A stretch of 64,000 nt of DNA from an uncultured bacterium. Its GTDB lineage: Bacteria > Babelota > Babeliae > Babelales > Babelaceae. The notes beneath the pieces are model-generated. The model searched no databases. It worked only from the letters and a program-made list of their open reading frames with translations, and was not told where the DNA came from. Shown here in pieces: positions 40,382-49,256 of this stretch (position 1 is its first letter; every line of letters begins with the position of its first letter). Location: the NCBI GenBank assembly GCA_963717435.1, contig OY970332.1, positions 1,024,001 through 1,088,000 of the forward strand. Reading direction: 5' to 3'. The translations under genes were made by a program, and so were the position numbers.

Positions 40382-41950
40382 ATGTTCACAAATAATATTA
40401 ATAACAGCGCAAAGCTGTTTTTTCTGATTCTTTCTTTATTTTCTGCAAAATTAATGGGTATGAGTAGTGGGGAACCAAGACCAGCAAATCAGGACAAATA
40501 TTCTAAAATTAGTTCTGATGTGAAAAGTGTTATTCAAAAACTGGCAGATTCAGGTGTAGATCCCAAAAACCCTGAGGTAAGACTCGTAAGACAACTTAAA
40601 GATTGGACCGCTAATCATAAAAAAACTGTAGGGTTAAACTTAGTTCTACAAACCTTATTAGAGCCGCAAAGCCCATTTTTCAAAAGATTAATGGATGTAA
40701 TTGACGTCAAGTATATGGACTCCACACCAGAAGCGGGTATTTTTTCGATATGGTGGAGCCCTTGCGGGAATTATGCTGTTTCTTCTTCAGAGGACGGGAC
40801 AATTAAAATCTGGGATCTTACCAATAAAAACACTATTAAATCAACTGCAACTTTAGGTGGATATCATACTGAATCTATCAATTCGATATGTTTTAGCTCC
40901 GATGGGAACTTCTTTATTTCATGCGCAGATGATAAAACAATAAAAATATGGGATTTTACAAATAAAAAAGCCCCTAGGTTAATTAAAAGCTTATACGATG
41001 CCCAGCGCTCGCTTGTCTATTCTGTCGCATTGAGCTCAGATAATAAATACTTAATTTCAGGTTCTGGTGAAAAAGTTAAGATATGGGACATTAGAGATAA
41101 GGCAAACCCTAAATTAATTACAGAACTGGGGGACCATGAAGCTAAGGTTCGACTTGTATCTTTTAGCCCCGATGGGAACTACTTCGTTTCTTGTTCTGAT
41201 ACTTGCGATGATGACGATACTGAATTGGGTGATGCGATAATTAAAATATGGGATTTTTCTGATAAAACAATAGAGCCCAAATTGATTAAAACTTTAGTTG
41301 ACCCAGAAACTTCAGTCACATCGTTGTCTTTTACTCCCGATGGGAACTATTTTATTTACGGAGCAGATGATTTCAATATAGAAATATGTGATTTTAGAGA
41401 CAAATCAAATCCAAATCTAGTTCAAACGCTTCCCCCTCATAAATTTGCTGTTCGATCAGTGGCAATGGCTCGTAATGGCAAGTTTTTTATTTCCGGCTCA
41501 GATGGAAAAAGTGGGACTTGCGAAATTAAAATATGGCACTTAAATTCTAAGCAAATTATAGCGCCTATGTTAATTAAAAGTTTAAGTGGCTATCATCTTG
41601 AGACTCTTAGTTCAATATCTCTTAGCCCCGACGGTAAATATCTGCTTTCAGTTTCAAATGCCCCAGAATATAAAGCGGTAATAAAGTTATGGGATCTCAG
41701 ATTTTTGGAATTATATGACGAAATTAAAAAGCTTGTGGATACGCCTGATACAATCAAGATGCGCAAATTATTATTGTTGAATTCGATTTTGGAATTTAGA
41801 GACAATCAGAAAAACGCCAAACACGAATTATATAATATTAATCCGGCTCCATTTGTAATTAGTCACGAGGGATTAAAACCGCTGTTTATTTTATTGCCTG
41901 ATTATTTAAAACAAGCTTTGATTGAGAAAAACTACGTTGAGATAGTTTAA
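40382..41950 (+). CDS. Signal-peptide WD40-repeat protein
   Basis: SICFSSDGNFFISCADDKTIKIWD-type repeats. Confidence 0.9.
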   Translation: MFTNNINNSAKLFFLILSLFSAKLMGMSSGEPRPANQDKYSKISSDVKSVIQKLADSGVDPKNPEVRLVRQLKDWTANHKKTVGLNLVLQTLLEPQSPFFKRLMDVIDVKYMDSTPEAGIFSIWWSPCGNYAVSSSEDGTIKIWDLTNKNTIKSTATLGGYHTESINSICFSSDGNFFISCADDKTIKIWDFTNKKAPRLIKSLYDAQRSLVYSVALSSDNKYLISGSGEKVKIWDIRDKANPKLITELGDHEAKVRLVSFSPDGNYFVSCSDTCDDDDTELGDAIIKIWDFSDKTIEPKLIKTLVDPETSVTSLSFTPDGNYFIYGADDFNIEICDFRDKSNPNLVQTLPPHKFAVRSVAMARNGKFFISGSDGKSGTCEIKIWHLNSKQIIAPMLIKSLSGYHLETLSSISLSPDGKYLLSVSNAPEYKAVIKLWDLRFLELYDEIKKLVDTPDTIKMRKLLLLNSILEFRDNQKNAKHELYNINPAPFVISHEGLKPLFILLPDYLKQALIEKNYVEIV

Positions 41951-42023
41951 AAAGCAAAGTAGTTTTATACCCCGCTACGCCGGGCACAGCCGATTGATGT
42001 ATAAGCCCACAAAGCGAAATCAA

Positions 42024-42081
42024 AACCGCTCGTCCCGAGTGTTTTTCGTAGCGAAGCGAAGAAAAATGTATCGAGGGATGG
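42024..42081 (-). repeat. REP-like element, copy 4 (left flank of GIY-YIG gene)
   Basis: aaccgctcgtcccgagtgtt...aatgtatcgagggatgg. Confidence 0.92.
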
Positions 42082-42107
42082 GCGTTAAAGAAAGATATAT
42101 TAAAGTT

Positions 42108-42392
42108 ATGGAATATTTTTTTGTTTATATTCTTAAATGTGCTGATGGTTCATATTATGTGGGCCATACGGATAATATTGAAAAAAGAATTATAGAACAC
42201 AAAAGTGGTACTCATAAGGGATTTACATCTAGACGTCTGCCGGTAAAATTAGTTTTTCAACAAGAATTTGAATCTAGGGATGCAGCATTCGTTGCAGAAA
42301 GAAAAATAAAGGAATGGTCACGCAAGAAAAAAGAGGCGCTAATAAAAAGAGATTTTGATTTATTGTCTGAGTTTTCAAAAAAGAAATTTTAA
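42108..42392 (+). CDS. Small standalone GIY-YIG nuclease (UPF0213-like)
   Basis: FVYILKCADGSYYVGHTDNIEKRIIEH...E.KIK.WSRKKKEALI; ATG at 42108. Confidence 0.93.
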   Translation: MEYFFVYILKCADGSYYVGHTDNIEKRIIEHKSGTHKGFTSRRLPVKLVFQQEFESRDAAFVAERKIKEWSRKKKEALIKRDFDLLSEFSKKKF

Positions 42393-42410
42393 TCTTTTTC
42401 AATCTGCCCG

Positions 42411-42469
42411 CCATCCCTCGATACATTCTACTTCGCCAAGGCTTCGTAGAACACTCGGGACGAGCGGTT
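42411..42469 (+). repeat. REP-like element, copy 5 (right flank of GIY-YIG gene, inverted relative to copy 4)
   Basis: ccatccctcgatacatt...aacactcgggacgagcggtt. Confidence 0.92.
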
Positions 42470-42498
42470 GTTTAGCTATACAATTTACGTAAAACTAC

Positions 42499-42538
42499 CA
42501 AGTAAAAACGGGACTTTTTAGGGTCCCGTTTTTACTTG
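42499..42538. terminator. Bidirectional terminator
   Basis: caagtaaaaacgggac...gtcccgtttttacttg. Confidence 0.85.
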
Positions 42539-42547
42539 CACTAAACT

Positions 42548-43054
42548 TTATTGCTCTTCTTCTTCATCCATTCTATCTTCTTCATCAACCGTCATAATAT
42601 TCATGATCGAAACCGCCATAAATACCGGACGAAGTTCATCAAGAGCCGAAAAATCAAACTCTTCTTCTGACATCATTTCTTCTAATTTTGCTTCAAACTG
42701 TTCATATTTTGCAAAGCGCTCGTCAGCCAATTTTAACCAGTTTCCGGTTTTGATTATATCTTTAAGAGTTTGTTCAAGTTCTTTTCCAAATTTAACAAAT
42801 TCAGCAAGACCGCCCTCTTTTTCCATGAATATAGAAAGTCCCGCCCTTGCAGCTGCAAGTCTGCCAATTAAACCGTTTTTAACAGTTTTATCAACATTTT
42901 CCAAAAGCAATACTCCCTTAATTAAAACCTCTGTCTCTTCGTAGATGGTCATGATCCCGTAGTTTTGCTCAAAGAGATACGCCCATTCAACATCTATCTG
43001 ATTGTTTTTAAAATCATTTAAAAAATCAAAAAGCTCTTGTTTCAATTCTGACAT
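42548..43054 (-). CDS. Acidic hypothetical protein
   Basis: 168-aa ORF with AAGGA RBS. Confidence 0.75.
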   Translation of the reverse strand: MSELKQELFDFLNDFKNNQIDVEWAYLFEQNYGIMTIYEETEVLIKGVLLLENVDKTVKNGLIGRLAAARAGLSIFMEKEGGLAEFVKFGKELEQTLKDIIKTGNWLKLADERFAKYEQFEAKLEEMMSEEEFDFSALDELRPVFMAVSIMNIMTVDEEDRMDEEEEQ

Positions 43055-43217
43055 AGTTGTTCCTTAGAGTATTATTTTTAGCGTGTTAAAAGTTTTAATT
43101 TTAAGCAATTATAGCAAAAGAAAAGTTATAAATCTTGAAAATTTTAAATAATTAAAGCTTAAATGAAATTATCAAGCAGGGGTAATTTATAAAAAGTCTA
43201 TTATTGGGGGGAACAAT

Positions 43218-44412
43218 ATGGGGACCATTGGGACGCATAAAATATTTACTATAATATTATTAGTTATTTTTAATATCTTTTGGGGCCCAATTTACGGGCT
43301 ATATTTTTCAGAACTTGAAGAAGAATTTTCTATGTTGCAAAATATAGAACCTGGGACAGAAGAAGACGAAATAGAACTGGAAGAAATTAATGGCAATTCG
43401 GAAGAAAACAAAAAAGCATTATGTGAAGAGTTTTTCCCAATAGAAAAGCTTCCCACAGAGTTAATAATATTTATAGCAAGTTTATTACTTAAATCAGAAA
43501 ATGCTGAAAATTCTTGCACGAATATTTATGCCGATATTGCTAGTTTTTTAATAACATGCAAAAAATTTTATGCACTAAAAAATAATATAAATAAGTTGGT
43601 TATAGAAAATCTCGACGGGCATAATTACAAATTATTAAGCGCAAGATTAGAGCTAATAAAAAAAGACAAATCCCGAAGCGGATTTGGTACACGTGGCCGT
43701 TAAATTTGAAAACAAAAATTGGTTAACTTTGTGGGTTTTAAAAAATATAATCGGGCCCAGAGATTTGCAAGAGAAAGATGTTTTTGAAAAAAGCTTAAAA
43801 ATCTTAAATATAAAAGACACGTTGGATAGAACACCTCTCCATACGGCAGCATATAGCAATAAACCCAGAATCATTTATATGCTGGCAAAATTGGGGGCAG
43901 ACTTGGAATTCCAAGAATTTAGGGGTAACACGCCATTACATTTTACTGTATTTAAAGGCAGCGCAAACTCTGCGCACATGCTTTTAAAACTGGGCGCAAA
44001 CGTTGATGCAAGAAATAAAAGTAATCGCACGCCGCTGCATAGAGCTTGTTTTAAAGACTGTTTTGAAATGGTAAATCTTTTTTTAAAATTTAAAGCGGAT
44101 CCAAACGCACGGGATAATATAAATCGAACGCCATTACATGAAACCGCTACTAAGAACAGCTGGAAGTCTGTGCCGTTATTATTAAAATTTGGCGCCAACC
44201 CCAATTTGCCAGATTCTCAGGGTAATACGGCTTTGCATGAAGCTGCGCGTTTTGGAAGCACAGAAGTCGTCGGGCTGTTAGTGCGTGCAGGGGCAAATAA
44301 ATCTATTTTAAACTTAGCAATGGAAACTCCCGCCCAGGTTGCCATAAATAACGGCTATACTGATCTTGCTAGAATTATTGAGCCCAATACCAGTGATTGC
44401 AAAATTGTGTGA
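43218..44412 (+). CDS. F-box-like plus ankyrin protein, split by a frameshift at an A7 run (43658-43664)
   Basis: IEKLPTELII.I...TCKKFY in ORF 43218-43703; TPLH ankyrin repeats in 43684-44412; removing one A joins the frames. Confidence 0.8.
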
Positions 44413-44414
44413 AT

Positions 44415-45863
44415 CTAATAAGCTTTTGCGACCAAAATATCAGTCGGGCTAGATGCGTCGCAATTAAAGCAAGTTTTGTTTTTATGCTCGTTAATCAAGC
44501 ATCTGATTGTTGCTTTTCGCTGTTTCAGTTGCTCTTCGCATTCAGATTTACCGCACCAACCGGTTTGATAAAAGCCACCGTTATCTTCCAGATTTTTTTC
44601 AAAATCTTTTAATTTGCCAACAACGTGCCACTTTGATTGCACCTGTTTTTTGGAGCGTTCGTAAAGCTCTTTTTGAATATTATCGAGTTTATTGGAAATT
44701 TTTTCCTGCAAAATATCAAGACTTATAATATCTTTTGATGTCCCAAGTCTGTCAACCGCAACAACTTGATTTGCCGCAATATCGCGAGGTCCAACCTCTA
44801 TTCTTAACGGGACCCCTTTTAATTCCCAATTATAAAATTTGGATCCTGGGGTATGCTCAGTAGAATCATCAACAAAAACTCTAAATTGATTTAATTTTTT
44901 AGCCAGGTTATGCGCAAAGTTTTTTATATCTTCGATTTCTGACTCTGAACCACGATAAATTGGTATTATAACTACCTGTATTGGTGCAATTTTTGGTGGA
45001 ATTACAAGACCTTTACTGTCGCCGTGGGACATAACAAGTGCACCGACCAATCTTGTTGTTGCTCCCCAGCTTGTTAAATATGGATAAGCGATCTGCCCAG
45101 ATCTATCTTGAAACGTCATGCCAAAAGATTTTGCAAAACTTTGGGAAATTAAATGCGATGTACACATTTGAAGTGCGCGGCCATCAAGCATCAGCCCTTC
45201 AACTGTATAAGTTTTATCTGCGCCTGCAAATCTTTCACTTTCTGATTTTTGGCCCTTAATTGCATATATGGCCATATGATTTGTTATTAGATCGTAATAT
45301 TGATCCAACATGGTCGCAACTTCTTGTTCGGCTTCTTCAAGCGTTTCATGGGCCGTGTGTCCTTCTTGCCACAAAAATTCTGTTGTTCTTAAGAATGGGC
45401 GCGTTCTCATCTCCCATCTTACTACGTTTGCCCACTGGTTAATCTTTAACGGCAAATCGCGCCATGATCTTAACCATCTTGCAAACATATAATGGATCAT
45501 GGTCTCAGATGTGGGACGCACAACAAGCTTTTCTTCAAGTTCTTTGCCTCCCGCAAATGTCACAACCGCAACTTCAGGAGCAAAACCCTCGACATGCTTG
45601 GCTTCTTTTTTTAGAAACTCTTCTGGAATAAACAATGGGAAATATGCGTTTTGATGCCCGGTCTCTTTAATTTTTTTATCTAATATGTCACTAATATTTT
45701 CCCAAATTGCGTAGCCATATGGCCTGATTACAATGCAACCCCTGACCGGAGATTGATCGGCCAGTTCTGCTTGATATATAACCTCTTGGTACCACTCTGG
45801 AAAGTTGGCATTAATATCAGGGAGTTTTTTTAAATCAGAAGCTTTTTTTGCGTTGTTTGACAT
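44415..45863 (-). CDS. proS: Prolyl-tRNA synthetase (archaeal/eukaryotic type)
   Basis: VRPTSET, FLRTTEFLWQEGHT, C-terminal AKAY. Confidence 0.97.
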   Translation of the reverse strand: MSNNAKKASDLKKLPDINANFPEWYQEVIYQAELADQSPVRGCIVIRPYGYAIWENISDILDKKIKETGHQNAYFPLFIPEEFLKKEAKHVEGFAPEVAVVTFAGGKELEEKLVVRPTSETMIHYMFARWLRSWRDLPLKINQWANVVRWEMRTRPFLRTTEFLWQEGHTAHETLEEAEQEVATMLDQYYDLITNHMAIYAIKGQKSESERFAGADKTYTVEGLMLDGRALQMCTSHLISQSFAKSFGMTFQDRSGQIAYPYLTSWGATTRLVGALVMSHGDSKGLVIPPKIAPIQVVIIPIYRGSESEIEDIKNFAHNLAKKLNQFRVFVDDSTEHTPGSKFYNWELKGVPLRIEVGPRDIAANQVVAVDRLGTSKDIISLDILQEKISNKLDNIQKELYERSKKQVQSKWHVVGKLKDFEKNLEDNGGFYQTGWCGKSECEEQLKQRKATIRCLINEHKNKTCFNCDASSPTDILVAKAY

Positions 45864-45974
45864 ATTAGGACCAATAAAAAATTAAATTAAATAAGAGACA
45901 CAAAATAATTAAACTAATTATAGAATAATTATTAAACTCTTTCAAAAAATAGATTTAACCCCCTAAATCAATTA

Positions 45975-45983
45975 TGTGTATAA
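45975..45983 (-). promoter_or_regulatory. Single DnaA-box match upstream of dnaN
   Basis: TGTGTATAA is the reverse complement of TTATACACA (TTATNCACA consensus). Confidence 0.4.
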
Positions 45984-46064
45984 AATTATAAAATTTTGTA
46001 AAATTATTTTTACCTATATAATTATATAACTATAAAAAATTACTCACGTAAAAAGAGGCATTTG

Positions 46065-47255
46065 ATGGAAACAGAATTACTTAAAAGTAACAGCTTGGGA
46101 AAAAGCGCAAATAAAAATACAAGCACGGACATAAACCCAAATAAATTTATCGTGGACCAAAAATCTCTTGTCAGCCTGCTCACTTCTATGCAGCCAATAT
46201 GCACAAAGCGAACCGCGATAGATTCGACATCTTCTGTATTGTTTCAAGTGGGAAACAAAGAACTAATATTAAAAAGCACAGATCTTGAAATAAGTTTGCA
46301 AGCAAGTTGTGCGCTATCTGAAAGTAGCTTTACAGAGAACCAGTCTTTTTTGGTTCCAGGAAAACGCATATTTGATGTTGTAAAAGAACTAGATGATAAT
46401 ATCACCTGTTCCGTTGAAAGTAATCAACTTACATTAAAATCTAACGGCGTAAATTTGGCGCTTAATATTAAAGATGCGCAAGAGTTTCCTCCATTTCCGG
46501 AGCGCATAGAAAACTTAATGCATATAAACGCAACAAATTTAAGAAACATGCTTGATGACGTTGCATTCTTGATACCACAAAATAATGCAAACTCTGCACT
46601 TAACGGGCTCTTATTAGAGATATCGGCAAAAGAATTTTCTATGACAGCGACAGACGGTCACTGCTTGGCGCGAGTAAGCAACACAACTTATACACTTTCA
46701 GAAACAAAGTCTTGGCTATTACCACGAAGAGCAATATTTGAGTTAAAAAAGATTTTGGAATCTTCACAAGACAATACTGTATTTTTGGGTATCTGCGGAA
46801 ACCAACTTGTGTTTTCTGGCGAGTCTTTTAATTTCTTTACAAAATTACTTGCAGATCCATTTCCAAATTATAGACCAATACTTGATAGGACAGATTTTGT
46901 TACGGCCAGCTTAGACAGAACAAGATTTATTAAGACACTACGCAGATCAGTTTCGCTTTTATCTGGGCAATTTATTGCAACAAAATTTAATTTCTCTTCT
47001 GATGGACTTAAAGTATCAATGAACAACAAAGAAGTTGGTATGCTTGACGAGCACATGCCCGTTGCAAACTATTCAGGATCAGAACTTGAAGTTAGATTTT
47101 ATGCGCCTTATTTGTTAAGTGGGATTCAAGTCATTGAGACTGAACTCGTTAAATTTTATTTAAAGAATGGCGCGAAGCCGATTATTTTTGAATCTGATGG
47201 CGAGTCGTTTAATACAACTTATTTGGTTATGCCTGTTTCAAACACTACTAAATAG
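46065..47255 (+). CDS. dnaN: DNA polymerase III beta clamp
   Basis: STDLEISL, ATDGHCLA, FPNYRPIL, YLVMPV. Confidence 0.95.
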   Translation: METELLKSNSLGKSANKNTSTDINPNKFIVDQKSLVSLLTSMQPICTKRTAIDSTSSVLFQVGNKELILKSTDLEISLQASCALSESSFTENQSFLVPGKRIFDVVKELDDNITCSVESNQLTLKSNGVNLALNIKDAQEFPPFPERIENLMHINATNLRNMLDDVAFLIPQNNANSALNGLLLEISAKEFSMTATDGHCLARVSNTTYTLSETKSWLLPRRAIFELKKILESSQDNTVFLGICGNQLVFSGESFNFFTKLLADPFPNYRPILDRTDFVTASLDRTRFIKTLRRSVSLLSGQFIATKFNFSSDGLKVSMNNKEVGMLDEHMPVANYSGSELEVRFYAPYLLSGIQVIETELVKFYLKNGAKPIIFESDGESFNTTYLVMPVSNTTK

Positions 47256-47280
47256 TTTAAACTAATTAAATAAATTTATT

Positions 47281-48369
47281 GTGTATATAACAAAACTAGA
47301 ACTAAAAAATTTTAGATGTTTTAGCAGCAAGTCTTTGCACTTTGAAAAAAACATCTCTTGCATATTGGGGCCGAACGGCATAGGAAAAACTTCTGTGCTT
47401 GAGGCTCTCCATTATGCCTGTTACTTTAAATCTTTTAAGGCAAGCTCCCCCAAAGAGCTTGTTAAAATCAATTCCCCTGGATTTGCTATTAAAATAGATC
47501 TTCAAGATTTATCTTCTGGGGATTTTGATAGTTTAAATATTAATTTTGCTGACGGAAAAAGAGTTATCAAATTTAATAACAATCAAGTTGCATCTTTTAA
47601 AGATCATTTTTCACGATACACAACCGTAACTTTAACGGAAGATGATCTTGAATTAATTAAAGGGGCCCCTGAGGTTAGGCGAACTTTTATAGACCAGTTA
47701 TTAATAGTGGACGATCCCGGATATGCAACTTTATTGCGCAAATTTCGACAAATCTTAGAAAACCGAAACGCGCTTCTTGAAAATTTTAATGGCAAGCGCG
47801 AGATGCGTGAGACGCGTGAAATGTACGAGCTCTGGACAAAGCAACTATGGGAAATAACTATACTAATTAGAAAGCTTAGACTTGAGGGGTTAAAAAATCT
47901 TCAAAATGAGTTTAATTTTTTAATTGAGAATACACTTCAGGGTGACTTTTCTATACAACTGGATTATTCAGGCGATATTGGTGAAAATTTTCAGGATTTT
48001 TACGACAATCTATTAATTACAAAATATTCACGCGAATGCGCCTCGGGTCGGTCACTATTTGGCGTCCATCTTGACGATTTTAATATAATATTTAAGCAAA
48101 AATCTTCAAGAATTTATGCGTCCAGAGGGCAACAGAAACTAATAGTATTATTCTTGAAGCTTGCCCAGCTTAAACTGATCTCAAAAAAGTACTCAAAAAC
48201 AGTATTATTATTAGACGATTTCATGACCGATTTTGATGACCAGATAATAGCCAGTATTATCCCTGCCTTAACCGGCCTTGCAAACCAGCTGATTTTTACC
48301 GCCCCCTCTGAAAAAAACCTTATAAATTCAAGTCTAAGCATGCTTGAACCGCAGCTCCTGCGGCTCTAA
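47281..48369 (+). CDS. recF: DNA replication/repair protein RecF
   Basis: LKNFRCF, GPNGIGKTSVLEA, GAPEVRRTFID, SRGQQK, LLLDD. Confidence 0.95.
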   Translation: MYITKLELKNFRCFSSKSLHFEKNISCILGPNGIGKTSVLEALHYACYFKSFKASSPKELVKINSPGFAIKIDLQDLSSGDFDSLNINFADGKRVIKFNNNQVASFKDHFSRYTTVTLTEDDLELIKGAPEVRRTFIDQLLIVDDPGYATLLRKFRQILENRNALLENFNGKREMRETREMYELWTKQLWEITILIRKLRLEGLKNLQNEFNFLIENTLQGDFSIQLDYSGDIGENFQDFYDNLLITKYSRECASGRSLFGVHLDDFNIIFKQKSSRIYASRGQQKLIVLFLKLAQLKLISKKYSKTVLLLDDFMTDFDDQIIASIIPALTGLANQLIFTAPSEKNLINSSLSMLEPQLLRL

Positions 48370-48495
48370 ACCGGCTATTTTGCGTGATATAATTATTCTT
48401 GACAAACATGACATAAATTCCAAATATTGCCATACTTACAGGCTTTTTTTGATATTTATGTTTGACATTTTTATAATTATCTTCATAATTATTAT

Positions 48496-48615
48496 TACTT
48501 AGGCAGTCAGAAATCATATCGGGCTATAACCCCTGCCAAGTGATTCGATTAGGCTTCATTACTACTCTCCTTTTTTCCACCGCATTGAGTAAAATCAGTG
48601 CGGTGGTTTGTTTTT
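48496..48615 (+). ncRNA. Candidate small RNA
   Basis: TTGACA-16-CATAAT at 48462-48489, 5' stem acttaggcag/ctgccaagt, CU-rich linker, terminator ccaccgca..tgcggtgg plus T-tract. Confidence 0.45.
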
Positions 48616-48632
48616 GTCGATTTTGTGGGTAA

Positions 48633-49121
48633 TCAGATCCGGCGCCAGGCGGCGCAAAGTGCGATAGCAAGAGCATCTGTAACATCGAGCTTATCTGGCA
48701 TTTTTACACCCATAAAAAGTCTTAACACCACCCTTGCAACCTGTTCCTTATCCGCCCCTCCAAATCCTGTAACTGCCAGTTTAATTTCACTGGGAGAAAA
48801 CTCATGCAAGTTAAGCTTATTTTGGGACGCTAGCAGGTATAAAGTTCCCCTTAAATAGCCAAGTTTTAGGAAGTTTTGGGCATTTTTACCCAAAAAACTG
48901 GTCTCAAGTGCTATATCTGTAATTTTGTGTTGATTTATCTTCTGAAGAATAAAATTATAAAACTGTTCGACTCTGTTGGGCAGTGGGTCCGTGGGTTTCA
49001 TCTTTAGGGCCCCCAGGTCCAAAAGCGATATTTTACTACCCTCTTTTTTAAGAATCGCAAAACCGGTGCAAGAAAAGCCCGGGTCGATCCCCAAAATTAT
49101 TTTATTTAGATTGGTCGTCAT
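48633..49121 (-). CDS. ruvC: Holliday junction resolvase RuvC
   Basis: ILGIDPG, IKLAVTGFGGADKEQV, DVTDALAIA. Confidence 0.96.
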   Translation of the reverse strand: MTTNLNKIILGIDPGFSCTGFAILKKEGSKISLLDLGALKMKPTDPLPNRVEQFYNFILQKINQHKITDIALETSFLGKNAQNFLKLGYLRGTLYLLASQNKLNLHEFSPSEIKLAVTGFGGADKEQVARVVLRLFMGVKMPDKLDVTDALAIALCAAWRRI

Positions 49122-49166
49122 AACCCTCTCCAGTTATTACCCAATTACTAATTATTAAGCATTTAG

Positions 49167-49245
49167 GAGTTGGTTTATCAGGCGGCGCTCCTAGCCGTCG
49201 AGCGCAAGCAAAAGACGGCGACGGACAAAGCCTATAAACCAACTC
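49167..49245. repeat. GC-rich nested palindrome
   Basis: 12-bp outer inverted repeat gagttggtttat/ataaaccaactc; inner gccgtc/gacggc. Confidence 0.6.
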
Positions 49246-49256
49246 GAGAATCTATT

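Noticed and set aside
41994-42107. N-terminal extension of the GIY-YIG ORF
   Set aside because: It is read-through of the flanking repeat. The domain begins right after the ATG at 42108.
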